DNA from: Lama glama
Lineage: Eukaryota
Length of the DNA stretch: 64,000 bases
Assembly (NCBI GenBank): GCA_028534125.1
Contig: CM052817.1
Location: 77,254,001 to 77,318,000, forward strand
Direction: 5' to 3'
The translations under genes were made by a program, and so were the position numbers. The stretch's first letter is position 1, and each line of letters starts with the position of its first letter. The notes under the pieces were generated by a model that made no database searches, was not told the origin of the DNA, and saw only the letters and a list, made by a program, of their open reading frames with translations. Shown piece by piece: positions 12,623-25,010 of the stretch.

Positions 12623-13786
12623 TTTTTTTTAATTGAAGTATAGTCAGTTTAAAATGTGTTAATTTCTGGCATACAGCATGTTTCAGTCATACATACACAT
12701 ACATATATTTCGTCTCATATTCTTTTTCATTGTAGGTTACTATAAGATAGTGAATATAGTTCCCTGTGCTACACAGTATAAACTTGTTTATTTATCTTAT
12801 ATATAGTAATTAGTATCTGCAAGTACTGAACTCCCAGTTTATCCCTTCCCATCCCCTTTGCCCCCTGCTAACCATAAGTTTGTTCTCTATGTCTGTGAGT
12901 TTGTTTTGTTTTGTAAATAAGTTCATTTGTGTCTTTTAAAAAAATATTCCACATATAAGTGATATCATGTGGTATTTTTCTCTATCTAGCTTACTTCACT
13001 TAGAATGATGATCTCCAGGTCATCCATGTTAAAGCAAATGACATTATTTCATTCTTTTTTATGGCTGAGTAGTATTCCATTGTGCGTGTGCGTGTGTGTG
13101 TATACACACATATATATATATTACTACATCTTCTTTATTCATTCATCTATTAGTAGACATTTAGGTTGCTTCCATGTCTTGGCTATTGTAAATAGTGCTG
13201 CTGTGAATATTGGGGTGCATGTGTCTTTTCAAATTAGAGTTTTCTCTGGATATATGCCCAGGAGTGGGATTGCTGGCTCATATGGTAAGTCTGTTTTCAG
13301 TTTCTTAAGGGAACTTCATACTGTTCTCCATAGTGGCTGCACCAATTTACATCCCCACCAACAGCATAGGTGTTTCTTTTCTCCACACCCTCTCCAGCAT
13401 TTATCATTTGTGGACTTTCTGATGATGGCCATTCTGACTGGTGTGAGGTGCTACCTCGTTGTAGTTTGATTTGCATTCTTCTGACAATTAGTGATGCCTA
13501 TGCTTCATGTGCCTGTTTGCCATCTGGATGTCTTCTTTGGAGCTGCTTGTATATTTTGGAGATTAGTCCCTTTTCGGTCTCATCATTTGCAAATATTTTC
13601 TCCCATTCTGTAGGTTGTCTTTTCATTTTGTTGGTGGTATCCTTAGCTGTGCAAAAGCTTTTAAGTTTAATTAGGTCCCACTTGTTTGTTTTTGCTTTTA
13701 TTTCCATTACTCTAGGAGCTGAATTAAAAAAAAATACTGCTGCAATTTATGTCAAAGAGTGTTCTGCCTATGTTTTCCTCCAGGAG
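12623..13786 (-). mobile_element. 5'-truncated LINE-1 (ORF2 C-terminus and 3'UTR)
   Basis: Minus-strand translation [40 protein letters not shown] is L1 ORF2; T-tail at 12623; degenerate TSD aaaagctgtttt / aaaacctggtttt. Confidence 0.97.
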
Positions 13787-14367
13787 AAAACCTGGTTTTA
13801 TATTAGCTAGATGTATATGCTTATGTGTGTCCCTTACTACAGGTAACTTCCAGGCAGCAACAATAAAAATATTTCAATCTGTGAGAATGGACTTGTGTTA
13901 CTAAATAAACATCAATTATTTGTGCTTTACTTTAAAAGAATTTCATTATGCCAGGAGTCATTTTTCTAATTCATCCTAAGACACTGAAAAAAAGTTTAGT
14001 GACATGCATATTTTAGAATAATATAGGGAGAATAAAGCAATTGCAAAATATTTGGAAAAACAGCTAAATGTCAAGCCTCCATATACTACAATTTTATATT
14101 CTCTTTCTTTTCAAAATTTTCTTCTTATTCAGAGAATGAGAAGAGTTAGAGAGAAGTCCAAACTGAAGTAACAGTTTTCCTATCAAATTGTAGAGTTAGG
14201 CAGAGAGGAGTTAATTGAACAGTGCCCGCTGCATGGCCTTACTTTTTACAATCTTACCATTCAGATTTCTGTACAGATTCTGTGCAAATACAAATTCCGT
14301 ATTTAATACGTTTCCTAGAAACTGCAAGTTCTCTCTTTTTTTACTTTTAAAAACAAATTTCTTTAAC

Positions 14368-14867
14368 NNNNNNNNNNNNNNNNNNNNNNNNNNNNNNNNN
14401 NNNNNNNNNNNNNNNNNNNNNNNNNNNNNNNNNNNNNNNNNNNNNNNNNNNNNNNNNNNNNNNNNNNNNNNNNNNNNNNNNNNNNNNNNNNNNNNNNNNN
14501 NNNNNNNNNNNNNNNNNNNNNNNNNNNNNNNNNNNNNNNNNNNNNNNNNNNNNNNNNNNNNNNNNNNNNNNNNNNNNNNNNNNNNNNNNNNNNNNNNNNN
14601 NNNNNNNNNNNNNNNNNNNNNNNNNNNNNNNNNNNNNNNNNNNNNNNNNNNNNNNNNNNNNNNNNNNNNNNNNNNNNNNNNNNNNNNNNNNNNNNNNNNN
14701 NNNNNNNNNNNNNNNNNNNNNNNNNNNNNNNNNNNNNNNNNNNNNNNNNNNNNNNNNNNNNNNNNNNNNNNNNNNNNNNNNNNNNNNNNNNNNNNNNNNN
14801 NNNNNNNNNNNNNNNNNNNNNNNNNNNNNNNNNNNNNNNNNNNNNNNNNNNNNNNNNNNNNNNNNNN
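14368..14867. other. Assembly gap (500 N)
   Basis: Run of exactly 500 N. Confidence 1.
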
Positions 14868-14885
14868 TATACTTTTATGCATTTG

Positions 14886-15030
14886 AAGTGGGAGGTTCCT
14901 GGAGGCCATCCACAGTGTCTTGTCAGCAAGTGTGCATAAGGATCCTGAAGTCAGGGAAAGGGATGGATTTGGAATTCATCTGCGTGCAGCTGGTGGTTGA
15001 AGTCATTGGAGTGGGTGAAATCACCCACGT
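14886..15030 (-). mobile_element. L2 fragment
   Basis: atggatttggaattcatctgcgtgcagctggtggttgaagtcattggagtgggtgaaatcacc. Confidence 0.6.
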
Positions 15031-15629
15031 CATGAAAAACAACTTTTATCTAAGTGATCCAGCCTCACACAGATTAGAGTCGATACAGCAGTTCTTGGCA
15101 CCTACAGTGGGCACACTACCAGGTACTTGTTCTGTCCTGGACCACGCGTGGGCTCTCAGAATAAAATACCTCACTGCGGAACACAGGAAAGGCAATCATT
15201 CCCTAAGCTTTCTCTCTCTAAACTGTAAAGTAATTTAACCATCAAGAAAACTCTTTGTAGTTTTAGTGTGATATAATAAGAAATATGTGTTTCATACTCC
15301 AGCTTTATTAAAATTGCATACTGGAACAATTTTGCTGAGGGTGAAATAAATCTTAAGTCAAAAGAATATTTTCAAAACACACATATGAAACCACTTCTTT
15401 TTTGGACACCAATCTAATCATGGAATAACCAGGCAGTAGGTGGGCACACTGGCCAATTCAGTAATAATCTCATCTGGCCAAGGAAGATTGTTAATAAAAT
15501 CCACCTACGTTCTTTACCTAGCCTTTAAATGTTGGTATTCTGTAAGGGTTCATGGTCAGCTCACTGCCTTCTCACTCAATACACTACCCCTCGGAGATAA
15601 TTGTGTTCTCAGAGGTTCTACTGCCCTTA

Positions 15630-16262
15630 TATGATAATGCTGTCTACATCTCTGTCTCTAGCCCAGATCTTACCTTCAGGTCTATCCTCTACACAGCTGC
15701 CAGCTGTTGTGATGCTGTATAAAACCCCTACTGGCCTATGCTACTTTCCTGATTAAAACTCTTTAGTGTTTCCTCATCCCTTTCAGACTAAAGCCACTGC
15801 TCTTTAATTTTGGGAAAAGGGATCCTTTATCAGTGATGCTCTAATTCCCCAGCCTTATCTTAAAAAAAATCTATTTGAGCTTTAAACTCCAGTAACACCA
15901 ATTCTTTATAGTTACTCTTTACATATATGTATATATATGTTTATACTTAAATATATGCTTTTTTTGATCATCTGTCTTCACTCTTGCTTCTCCCTCAATA
16001 TACAGTTCTTTCCCTCCTCCACCTGGCAAACTTCTGTCACCTCCTCAGAGGTGAGGTGTCTTGGCCCTGAGTGAATTACCTCAGTATTTTCACAATACTC
16101 TGTGCACACCATTGCCACTTAACACATTGTTTCAAAATTACCTGTTTATATGGCTGTTTCCTTCACTGTCCTGGGAGCACCCTGAGGGTAGGGACTGTAT
16201 CCTGTTTATCTTTGCATCCTTAGTGTGAGGCATATGCTCATAGAATGGTTAAATAAATAAGG
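15630..16262 (+). mobile_element. L2 relic including 3' end
   Basis: tctctagcccagatct...cctgagggtagggactgtatcctgtttatctttgcatcctt...aaataaataa. Confidence 0.7.
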
Positions 16263-19200
16263 AAGAAGTGAAGGTCAAAGGAAAAGTCACATGGAAAACA
16301 CTTTGTATATAAGTTTAATTTTTTAGCCACTTAGTAATTCCAGTTAACCATGTGCAGATTTGTTACTGTCAGATTCTTTTTGTTACCAGATACCATCTGA
16401 AGTGGACATACCTCTGCACCATGAACAGGGCCGTTTCGTTTCCTCAAGAAATCCTTCAGTTTTGGAGAAACAAAAAAGATTGGTTTTCTGCTTCAAGACC
16501 TGTTGGCAGATGATCCCTTCTGCAAGTGAAAACATGCTGTGTTGGTGGTGCTCCTCACTTAATCCTTCTAAAGAATTCCCTGAGGAAACTCCAACGGTTT
16601 ACTTTCTAGCCTGACAGGCTGGTCAAATAGGCTTTGCTCTTAACCCTTTTCTGCCTATATATTCATAGGACCTATGTATTTTCTACCTACATATTCTATT
16701 AGGACCTGCATGTTCATACAAAGAGACATGCCATTCCTTTTTTTTTAAAAAATAAAAGCAAAGAGGGTAAACAGCTTTTTCCAGTATATTTCCAGTAAAA
16801 TGCCACTCCTGGCATTTTCTGATTTCTGTTAGTTGTGACCATAAGGCTGCTATTGTAATAGGATAGAGAGACAGATTGTTGGCCTTCATTTTAAACTCCA
16901 AGGAAAAGTGTCCTGTAAGAGTCACTTTTGTTTAGGGATCTCAGAAAGCTAAGAAGCTCAGGCTGTCAAGAAGAAATAAGATCTTTTTACTGGAAGTATC
17001 ATCTACATAGTCCAGTTTAGCCATACTTGGACTAGCTGGCCTTATCTATGCATGTATCTTTAATTACACAAATATGCTGAAAGCACAGAGTAAATATTTT
17101 AAATAAAACAATCTCATGGATACATAATAAAGGAACTGCAGTATCTCAGTTCCTTGCATATATTTTGGGGGAAAAAAGTCTTCTCTGCCATACACACAGC
17201 ATGGTGGCAACTTCATTAAATTGGTGTTTTAGCCGAATTTCACACATAATATGTAGTCTACGAGCCCAAATATGACCTTGAAGGTTGCTTCCCAGCTCTA
17301 AATACAAACAAGATTAATTGATCTGTGTCATCCCTCCCAGAACACAGCTGCTGACTGTTGAGTGCGGCTGAGGATGTGCCCGCAGACTGCAAACCCACTG
17401 GCCAGGATACTGGCTCTTAACATGCCCCATAACCCTTGTGCTCCCCTACAAGGGAGCTCCTTTCCTTAGCTTCTTGAACCTCTTCTTATGAAAAATTCCT
17501 TGCATGACGAAAGGACAGCTATCTCAACAGGCTACACTCAATCAAACACACACACACAAAACAAAAACCACCTGAGTTCATGTGGCAACAAGTTTTTCAA
17601 GAAAGTCTTAAGGGATTGTTACTCTAAGTTTCAATTAATGCTGATGTCAGTGGGGATAATTTGCTCTTTTATGTAATTTTTGTGTCAGCACACATGTAGT
17701 TGACAGGAGCTGCCTAGAGACATCAGATTTTACACATCTTTCAGTAGATCAAAACTTTAGATGTGAAAGGAAGTACCTGGGGGCTTTGTGTGGGTGTGTA
17801 GCATTCCCCAGTGGATTAAGGGCCAAGAGATCAATGCAAAATTACAGACATGTATCAAAAACAACCCCTTCTGTCACAGGTATGCCCTTACTTCAGGACT
17901 GGACAGGTCTGCAGGAAATCTGTGCCCGCCTCCTCCTTTTTTTTTCAGAGCATGGGGATCTAGAATTAGCAGAAGAGGATCTTGTGGCATGATTGTGATG
18001 AGGAATATAGAAAGTTTTAAATTGGCATTGCCTTTTAGGGGTTATCATTTGGGGAGGAACAAAGCCATGAGCATTCTGAGTTAATTCATTAGTGATAATA
18101 ACATGGCTCTTAAGAGGGTAGAAATATTTCCCCAAACATGTACCTTATGCATCGGCAACATAGAAGCCAATGGGGGATTCACAGCAAAAATGGCCAGGAC
18201 CCTGCTCAGTGTTGGATGGGTTGTGCCTGCTGGCATTTCCTCTCCTGTCCCTGTGCATTCATGCCCACCTTCTTAGGCACTTCACATGGCCATCTGCACT
18301 GGTCCTGAGATGTATGACACACCATCTCTGTGTAGATGTGGTGAAGGGCTGAAGAATCTCCAGAAACATAGAGGCATTTTCTTTCAGATTCTGTCTTCTC
18401 TGGCCAAGTAAATAAAGCTCAGTCCTTAGAATGTGACAGTCTGTCCTGCTGGCATCCCCACTGCTTTAAAAGGAGTTTTTCCTCTAGGCCACTTTCCATA
18501 CAATGAAGCAGCTTCTCTCCAATCGTGTTTCTGTCAATCTCTCAGTTGCAAAAGTCCAAATATTGTGCATTGAAACTGAGTAGACAACATATTACTAGGA
18601 TGTGGAAAACTGTTCTGCAAATCGCCATCCTAAGCGCATAAAACTAATGTACAGTCTTTGTAGCTGTAGCAATCCAATAATCGAGTTGTTCTTGGAGTGA
18701 GAGTGATTCTTCTTCTCCTTGCATGGGGTATGCTCCCAGCTGCACTGATAATTTCATTGCATGGTGAGATGTAACACTTTGCTGGAATATCTGTTTACAG
18801 TCTAATTTTGTGGAGGGCCCCAAAGTTTCAAGAATGTGGTTATTTCAGTGCCATGGTAACTAAATAAATGTGTGTTAGGGAGGCATCAGGATGGAAAATA
18901 TTGCTGACAGAAGACAACCCATGGAAATAACAATTTCATTACCTGGACTCACTAGCATATGAAGCATCAGACAGGATTTGCTACCTAGACTCACCAGGTA
19001 GTAATATGTCAACCTCAAACCACATGGCTGTTGGCCTTAAAAGCCCAACCTACTTGGAAATAATGCCTTGATTTTTTTTTTCCAGCCCTAAAAGCTCACT
19101 CCAGTAACTGCATTTTTTTTGCTAGTCATAGTTCATTGTCATCACCTAAGTATCAGGCACTCCACCTTTAATATAGGCCCCAGGTATCAGAGTTTATAAT

Positions 19201-19615
19201 CTGTGTCATTCCTTCTTACTCTTTAAGGCTGTTGTGTGAAGACAAAAGCCTAAATATCTTGAGCTCCATAGCCTTCCCAGAGCAACATTTATTACCTTTA
19301 GGCTCATTAGAGTCTAACCCTAATAGGGTTCCTGAATGTAGCTGTATTTAATTATTATTAAAATCACTGGGTCAATTTAATTCTATCTCCAGTATATTCA
19401 GAGGAAAAGGAAGGGTGAACTACTTTAAGGATAAGTAAGAGTTCTCCATAAACAGGGGTGTGATGTGTCACTGTACCTCTGCCCAGCTGGGTTTGGGTAA
19501 CAATTATAGATAACCTGATATGGAGTTGGTGCCCTGAAATCTCAGTGTGACAGTTTCCCAACTTGATGTTGCAGAATTCCAAGACATTTTTTAAATGTCT
19601 AAGAAGTGCCAAGAT

Positions 19616-19817
19616 TTTTAAAAATTGAGATGTAGTTGATGAACAATATTATATAAGTTTTGGGTGTACAACTCAGAGAATCACAATTTTCAAAGGTTAT
19701 ATTCCATTTACAGTTATAAAATATTGATTCTATCCTGTGTTGAACTATACATCCTTGTAGTTTATTTATTTTATACATAGTATTTTGTACCTCTTAATCC
19801 CCTACTCCTATCTTGCT
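19616..19817 (-). mobile_element. L1 3' end (older mammalian/laurasiatherian type)
   Basis: aattgagatgtagttgatgaacaatattatataagttttgggtgtacaa...ttgtacctcttaatcccctac. Confidence 0.8.
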
Positions 19818-19819
19818 AG

Positions 19820-20430
19820 GTCCCAGGAAAACAAAGATCAATTAGATACAGACTCTGCATCCAAAATGTACAGTCCAATAGGGGAGAGGGTCGTAGATTT
19901 TCATGAGGCAGATGAGGAGAAGTGCATTTGGAGCAGATGGAGCAATATCTGAAGTGGCAAGGAGGCATGGCATGGTGTGCGTCTGAGGAACTACAAGCAC
20001 CTCTGGGAATGGAGAACAGAGCTGGGGATTATAGGAAGTGAACTGAGAGGTAGGCAGATTAGGAAGGCCTCTGTAAACCCTGATACAGAACTTGGGTTTC
20101 GTCCTGTCAGTGTGTGATAGAGAGCTTTCAAAGCATTAGCAAGAGTGCAATTTATTCACCTAAACCTTGAGCCCTTCAGGAGAGGAAAAAAATCTGCTGC
20201 CGTTTTTAGACATATTTGGAGCGGCTGAGAAGCTATTGCGACCATTGGATATGTTGAGGATGTGAATCACCTGCAGTGGGCTGAGAATAGGACGTGGTTA
20301 AAATTGCTTGGGTGATGCAGTGGAAAGGTTTGGATGATCAGCTGGGGAGGGGCAGGGGAAAGAATAATAAGGGTGATTAAAGGTCTGTTTCTTCTGACTT
20401 GATTAAATTAAATGGTGCTGGCACCTACTC
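19820..20430 (-). mobile_element. L2 relic
   Basis: Purine-rich antisense L2 motifs such as gaacttgggtttcgtcctgtcag and gagaagctattgc. Confidence 0.55.
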
Positions 20431-20443
20431 AAAAGGGAATACA

Positions 20444-20554
20444 GGGGGAGGGGTATAGCTCAGGGGTAGAGTGCATGCTTAGCATGCACAAGGTCATGGG
20501 TTTGATCCTCTGTTAAATAAAATAATAATAAATAAATCAGCCTAATTACCCCTC
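20444..20554 (+). mobile_element. tRNA-derived SINE, camelid Vic-1 type
   Basis: ggggaggggtatagctcaggggtagagtgcatgcttagcatgcacaaggtc.tgggtt.gatcc head (A/B boxes); AT-rich tail ending cctaattacc; 13-bp TSD aaaagggaataca (20431-20443) / aaaaggtaataca (20555-20567). Confidence 0.93.
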
Positions 20555-21299
20555 AAAAGGTAATACAGAGCCCCCTGGAGTTCTGCAGTGCAAACCTGTA
20601 CAATGACACGCAGCAACCCTGCGACTTTAGGCTGTAGTTTGGTCTCTGAACTTTCTAGCAGTCAAACTACAGAGAAAAATACAGTCAGTTACAAGAGCCA
20701 CATTAGTCAAAGGTGTAATAAAACAAAAACTGTAAAAATGCTGTAAGTTATAAAAGGTAATACATATAAATTGTTACTATTATAGTCAAATACACCTTTC
20801 ACTAGAGGAGCCAGAGTGCTGTCTTCCGGCTCTCCTAAGTCTGCCAGCGCCCGGCGGTGCATGGGCAGTCTGCGTCCCCACAGCTTCTGTCCGTGACACG
20901 TGAAGATGTGCTCCCCGCACTGGGTCCGCATCAGCAAGTGGACGCTGAAGCAGCACAGACTCACCCTCTGTCAGCCCTGCCCTGACGGAGACTGACACCT
21001 CTTTCTTAGAAACGTACTTAGGGGGACACCATTGGTCCTCCGTCTGTTTCACTCTCTGGAGTCTTCTTTACCCTTCGGCAAAAACCGAAACCTCCTCTTA
21101 ATCCTGTCTCACTCGTTTGTCCAACATGCACAGCCTTGCTTGGACCCTAGCAGGTGCTGGGCAGAAGAGCAAGGTAGAATTTCTGCCACAGATATTTTCT
21201 GCATAAAAAAAAATCTGAAATTTGGCATTATTCAGGTATTTATTCTTATTTTCGTAACTCATAGTGGCTGCTGGATTCTCTTTAATTTATACTATTGAC

Positions 21300-21470
21300 A
21301 AGTCATAAAATGTTGGAATCAGAAAGGACCCCAAAGGTTACCTTGACCAATCCTTTCCTTTTACAGATGAGGAAATTGAGGCACCGAAAAGTTAAGTGAA
21401 TTGCTCAAAGCTATACAACCAGGTAGTGTTTGAGCAGAATCTAGACTAAAGGGCCCTGACTCTCAGACAT
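21300..21470 (-). mobile_element. MIR/MIR3 SINE
   Basis: ttttacagatgaggaaattgaggcac.gaaaagttaagtgaattgctcaaag core. Confidence 0.85.
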
Positions 21471-23239
21471 GTTTTTCTCCCTTACCACACGGTTTCCCAG
21501 AGCTTTCTTGAAATTGCACCAGAGAGAAGAAAGAGAGAGAGCGGGAGGGAGGGAAAGAAAGAGAGAGTCGTTTAAGTTTAAAAGCATTAGCCATCTCTGC
21601 TGGAAAAGCAGAATTGTCAAAAAACTATCTTTTAAATTGTATGCATTCTAGTAGTATAGCTGCAAGATAGAACTGTATTATGCCCCCGTGAATGCAGAAA
21701 CTTGTGTCTGCTTTGTGACAGGTACTGGTGACCACGCTGAAACACGGTTGCTTTTAATAACGTTATTGTAGAGCTTGTTTTTGCCTAAAAGTGACTGAGG
21801 AGTTACGATCATAACTACCTTTAGAAAATGGTGGGTGTTTAATGCTCCGTAGATGGCTGACAGTTTGCAAAGGCTGTTGCTGCTCCTGACACCTAGAGTT
21901 GCTATTAGTTTTACCTACATATTCTATAGATGTAATCTGAAATTTTGAAAAATTGAGCTGTGCTATCAACCTTGGGTAAAAAAGCATCCTACGTATATGT
22001 GCTGTACTGGTATTATATAGAAATTGGTCAGGAAACTATAGTGATCTAGAAATATTAAATTCCTCCCCCATTTTTACCTTTATAATGCTCTGTGTTAAAT
22101 ATGTACATAGGTTGATTACAGAAAAGGATTAAGTATTCTCTTGTTAAAAAAAAGCATTTGTGTTTGGACCTCATCCTGGGAGGAGGAGGGCATGTGCAGG
22201 GTGCTCAGGATCTGCAGAAGCCAGGCTGCCCGGCTCCCATGACATGATGTTTGCTAGGCAACCGGAGCGCACTTTCAAACAAGCCTAGATATTCCTGCCT
22301 GGCCTGCTGCCATCCCCCAAGAAGGCAAGTAGGCGCAGTAAATTAGGACTGGACTGTAATCGCTGACATGTTACCCTTTAAGAAGTTTTGATATTTTATG
22401 GCAAGAGGTTTGTTTGTGCAGAACTAATCAGTCCATGTAGGGGTTTATTAGCTAATTGGTCAGGATCACAACTTATAAAAAGCATTTGGAAAACAGTCAT
22501 CTGTGATTACAGCATAGGGAAAAAGCCTTGTGATGAAGTCAGAAGTGTTGATCGTTGAGAAAGCTTGCCAGCCTGCATATAAATTTGTGTGGGAAGGAAT
22601 ACATTTAAGATATGTCCTTCTATAGTAAACTAAAAAAAGTTTCTCAAGCAAGAAAAAAACCAGATGGCATAGGTTTTATTAGGTCGTAACTGATACTTTG
22701 AGACTTGAAAATCCAGACTAGTTCCAACAACATCCAAATGTGTGCAGTGACATTTCTTTAGAAAGATTAGACATTACTCAAAAAGTTTCAGGTCATCCCC
22801 ACACAGATGCAAAAGGATGTTCTTTCTTTAACCTTCTTTTATTTGTCCATTTATTTTTATAAATGTCTGGTGAAGAAGATTAGCTATTTATTAGAGTGAA
22901 CCAGTAGTCAGTCTATGAAACCTAGTCACTCTGGGATACTGTGAGGTAAAGTTTGACTACGTTGTATTTTTACACTTACATACTCATGTATAAATATATA
23001 CATAGTAAAGGGTTGAAAACCCTGCATAATGAACTATTTCTTATTCACGAAGTAAGCTGCATTCCACAGCAATATGCTCTTGTCCTGCATTGTACTTGCC
23101 TGATTATAGCACTTTTAATGTTGTAATAAACACACTTGTTTAATTAACAGTTTTTCATAGAACATTGTAAGCTCTGAGGAAGGAATTGTGTCTAACTGAC
23201 TGACTGTTTCTTTGCCAGCACTTAGGAGAGATCCTGGTC

Positions 23240-23395
23240 CCTGGCCATATAGAGAAAAAGTGAAAGGAAGAGATGAAGAGAAAGAGACAGGAAAGAAGGA
23301 AGGGATGAAGAATAGAATGAGAAAAGAAGGGGAAAGGGGAGGGTGGCGAGGAAGAGAAAGGAGAGAGGGAGAAAAAGGAGAGAGAAGCAAAAAAT
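23240..23395 (+). repeat. GA-rich low-complexity purine tract
   Basis: Almost entirely A/G over ~150 bp. Confidence 0.9.
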
Positions 23396-23404
23396 AAAGC
23401 CGGT

Positions 23405-23675
23405 TGATTAAGTTCTGGGGATGTAATGTACCATGTGGTCACTAGAGCCAACAATACTGTGTCATTTTTTTGAAAGTAGCCACAAGAGTAGATCTTCGAA
23501 GTTCTCATCACAAGAAAAATAAATTTGTAACTTTGTGAGGCGATGAATATTAACTAAACTTATTGTAGTGATTGATTCCCAGTACATACATGTATCAAAT
23601 CATCATGCTATACACCTAAAACCAATACAGTGTTATATGTCAATTATATCTCAACAAAACTGGAAGAAAAAAGAA
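23405..23675 (+). mobile_element. L1MA-type 3' end
   Basis: taagttctggggatgtaatgtac...gagtagatctt.aagttctcatcacaa...tatatgtcaattatatctcaa.aaaactggaagaaaaa. Confidence 0.88.
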
Positions 23676-24534
23676 TAGATGCATATAGGAAAAAAAAGCT
23701 AGTTCAATGCTGTTTTTTATTTGCCATAAAAATATGAATTGGCCAATTTGGGCTTTTTTAAAACTTAGATTAATGTTTTCAGATTTGTGTAACTGAGTCA
23801 TCTATGTCTCTAAATTTATATCAACATAAAGAATTTAGAATGTCTTTTTAGAAAATCAAATAGCCTCTCAAAGCTTTAAAATCAAGGGATTTCTAATCTT
23901 TTTTTGGATAATAATGTAGGAGAAAATATACTTGATTTATATTTTCCCCATAGTGAAGAGCTGGCTTTTAATTTTTAATAGAAAAATTTATACCTCATTT
24001 CTTCTTCAATTGAATCTTACCCCTCATTTTAGCCAAATGATTTCTTCAAATCCTCATTTTGTGTATGTACAGTCCTTCAATTATCTCCCAAGAGTCTACA
24101 AAATTGAAATAATTTTTCATTAAGTTAACTATGATGGAAAGTACATGTACACTTTTAAAATAAAAATATATAGTGATTATCATAACCCATAGATTGATCT
24201 GGCTTAAGTCAGATTACATTAGAAACCTCAGTCAACTGATTTATCATGGATGCATGTATTTTGTTTCTGATTGGTTTATTTTCTCCATTCTGCTTATAGA
24301 AGAAAAAGGTAAAGGACTAAGAAAATAAACGGATGGTATTAACTTAGTAAACAAAAATTACATCCTTAATATTATATTGTTAGAATGGATATTTATGATG
24401 ATAATCCTTTAGACTAACATTCATAATAATGACTCCGTAGGATTGTAACTAAGAATTTACAAAGAACCTGTTACATGTATAACATTGTATTAGGCACTCA
24501 AGCAGAGACAATAAAAATGGGACATATATGTGTT

Positions 24535-24740
24535 AACAATAATTAAACATTTATTAAGCATTTATCATGTACCAGGCATAAGCCTTATCTACACTGACTC
24601 ATTTCATCCATACCAAAGTCCTATGAGGAAGATAATATGCTTTACCCCCATTTTACATGTCTAGAAATTAATCAACAAAGCAAGTAACTTGGAAAATATC
24701 ACACAGCTAGAGTTTTAACATAAATTTGATCCTGAGCTTT
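24535..24740 (-). mobile_element. MIR SINE
   Basis: acatttattaagcatttatcatgtaccaggca...cctatgagg...ccccattttaca. Confidence 0.75.
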
Positions 24741-24819
24741 TCACCAGTCGTTCTAGTCGTCATGTTTTAGTGCTTTCTTCCATCTTCTCCATTGTTTCCT
24801 TCCCACCCCATTCAAACTG

Positions 24820-25010
24820 TGCTGTGCATACTTCTGTTAGAGCATTTATGTCTTACACGGGAATCACTGTCAGCTTTAAAAAAAAAAAAAACTTGGCCTG
24901 TCTTATTAGAACATAAGCTCCTTGAGGTCATGGGACAGGACTTCTCCATAGTTGTAGCATGATGCCTGTCATCTGGTAGGAATTCAGTAAATATTTATGG
25001 AATAAACGAG
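24820..25010 (+). mobile_element. L2 3' end
   Basis: tagaacataagctccttgaggtca...aattcagtaaatatttatggaataaa. Confidence 0.7.

Noticed and set aside
13005..13810. 154-aa and 146-aa plus-strand ORFs
   Set aside because: Antisense readings of L1 ORF2/3'UTR, a common source of spurious proteins
14211..14929. Long ORFs of 188-232 aa
   Set aside because: Artefacts of translating through the 500-N gap
17930..17992. Acceptor followed by EHGDLELAEEDLVA-stop as a terminal exon
   Set aside because: Only a poly-T plus AG supports it; the peptide is unrecognised and there is no upstream exon chain
20444..20515. tRNA gene
   Set aside because: Degenerate tRNA head with AT-rich tail and TSD, so a SINE
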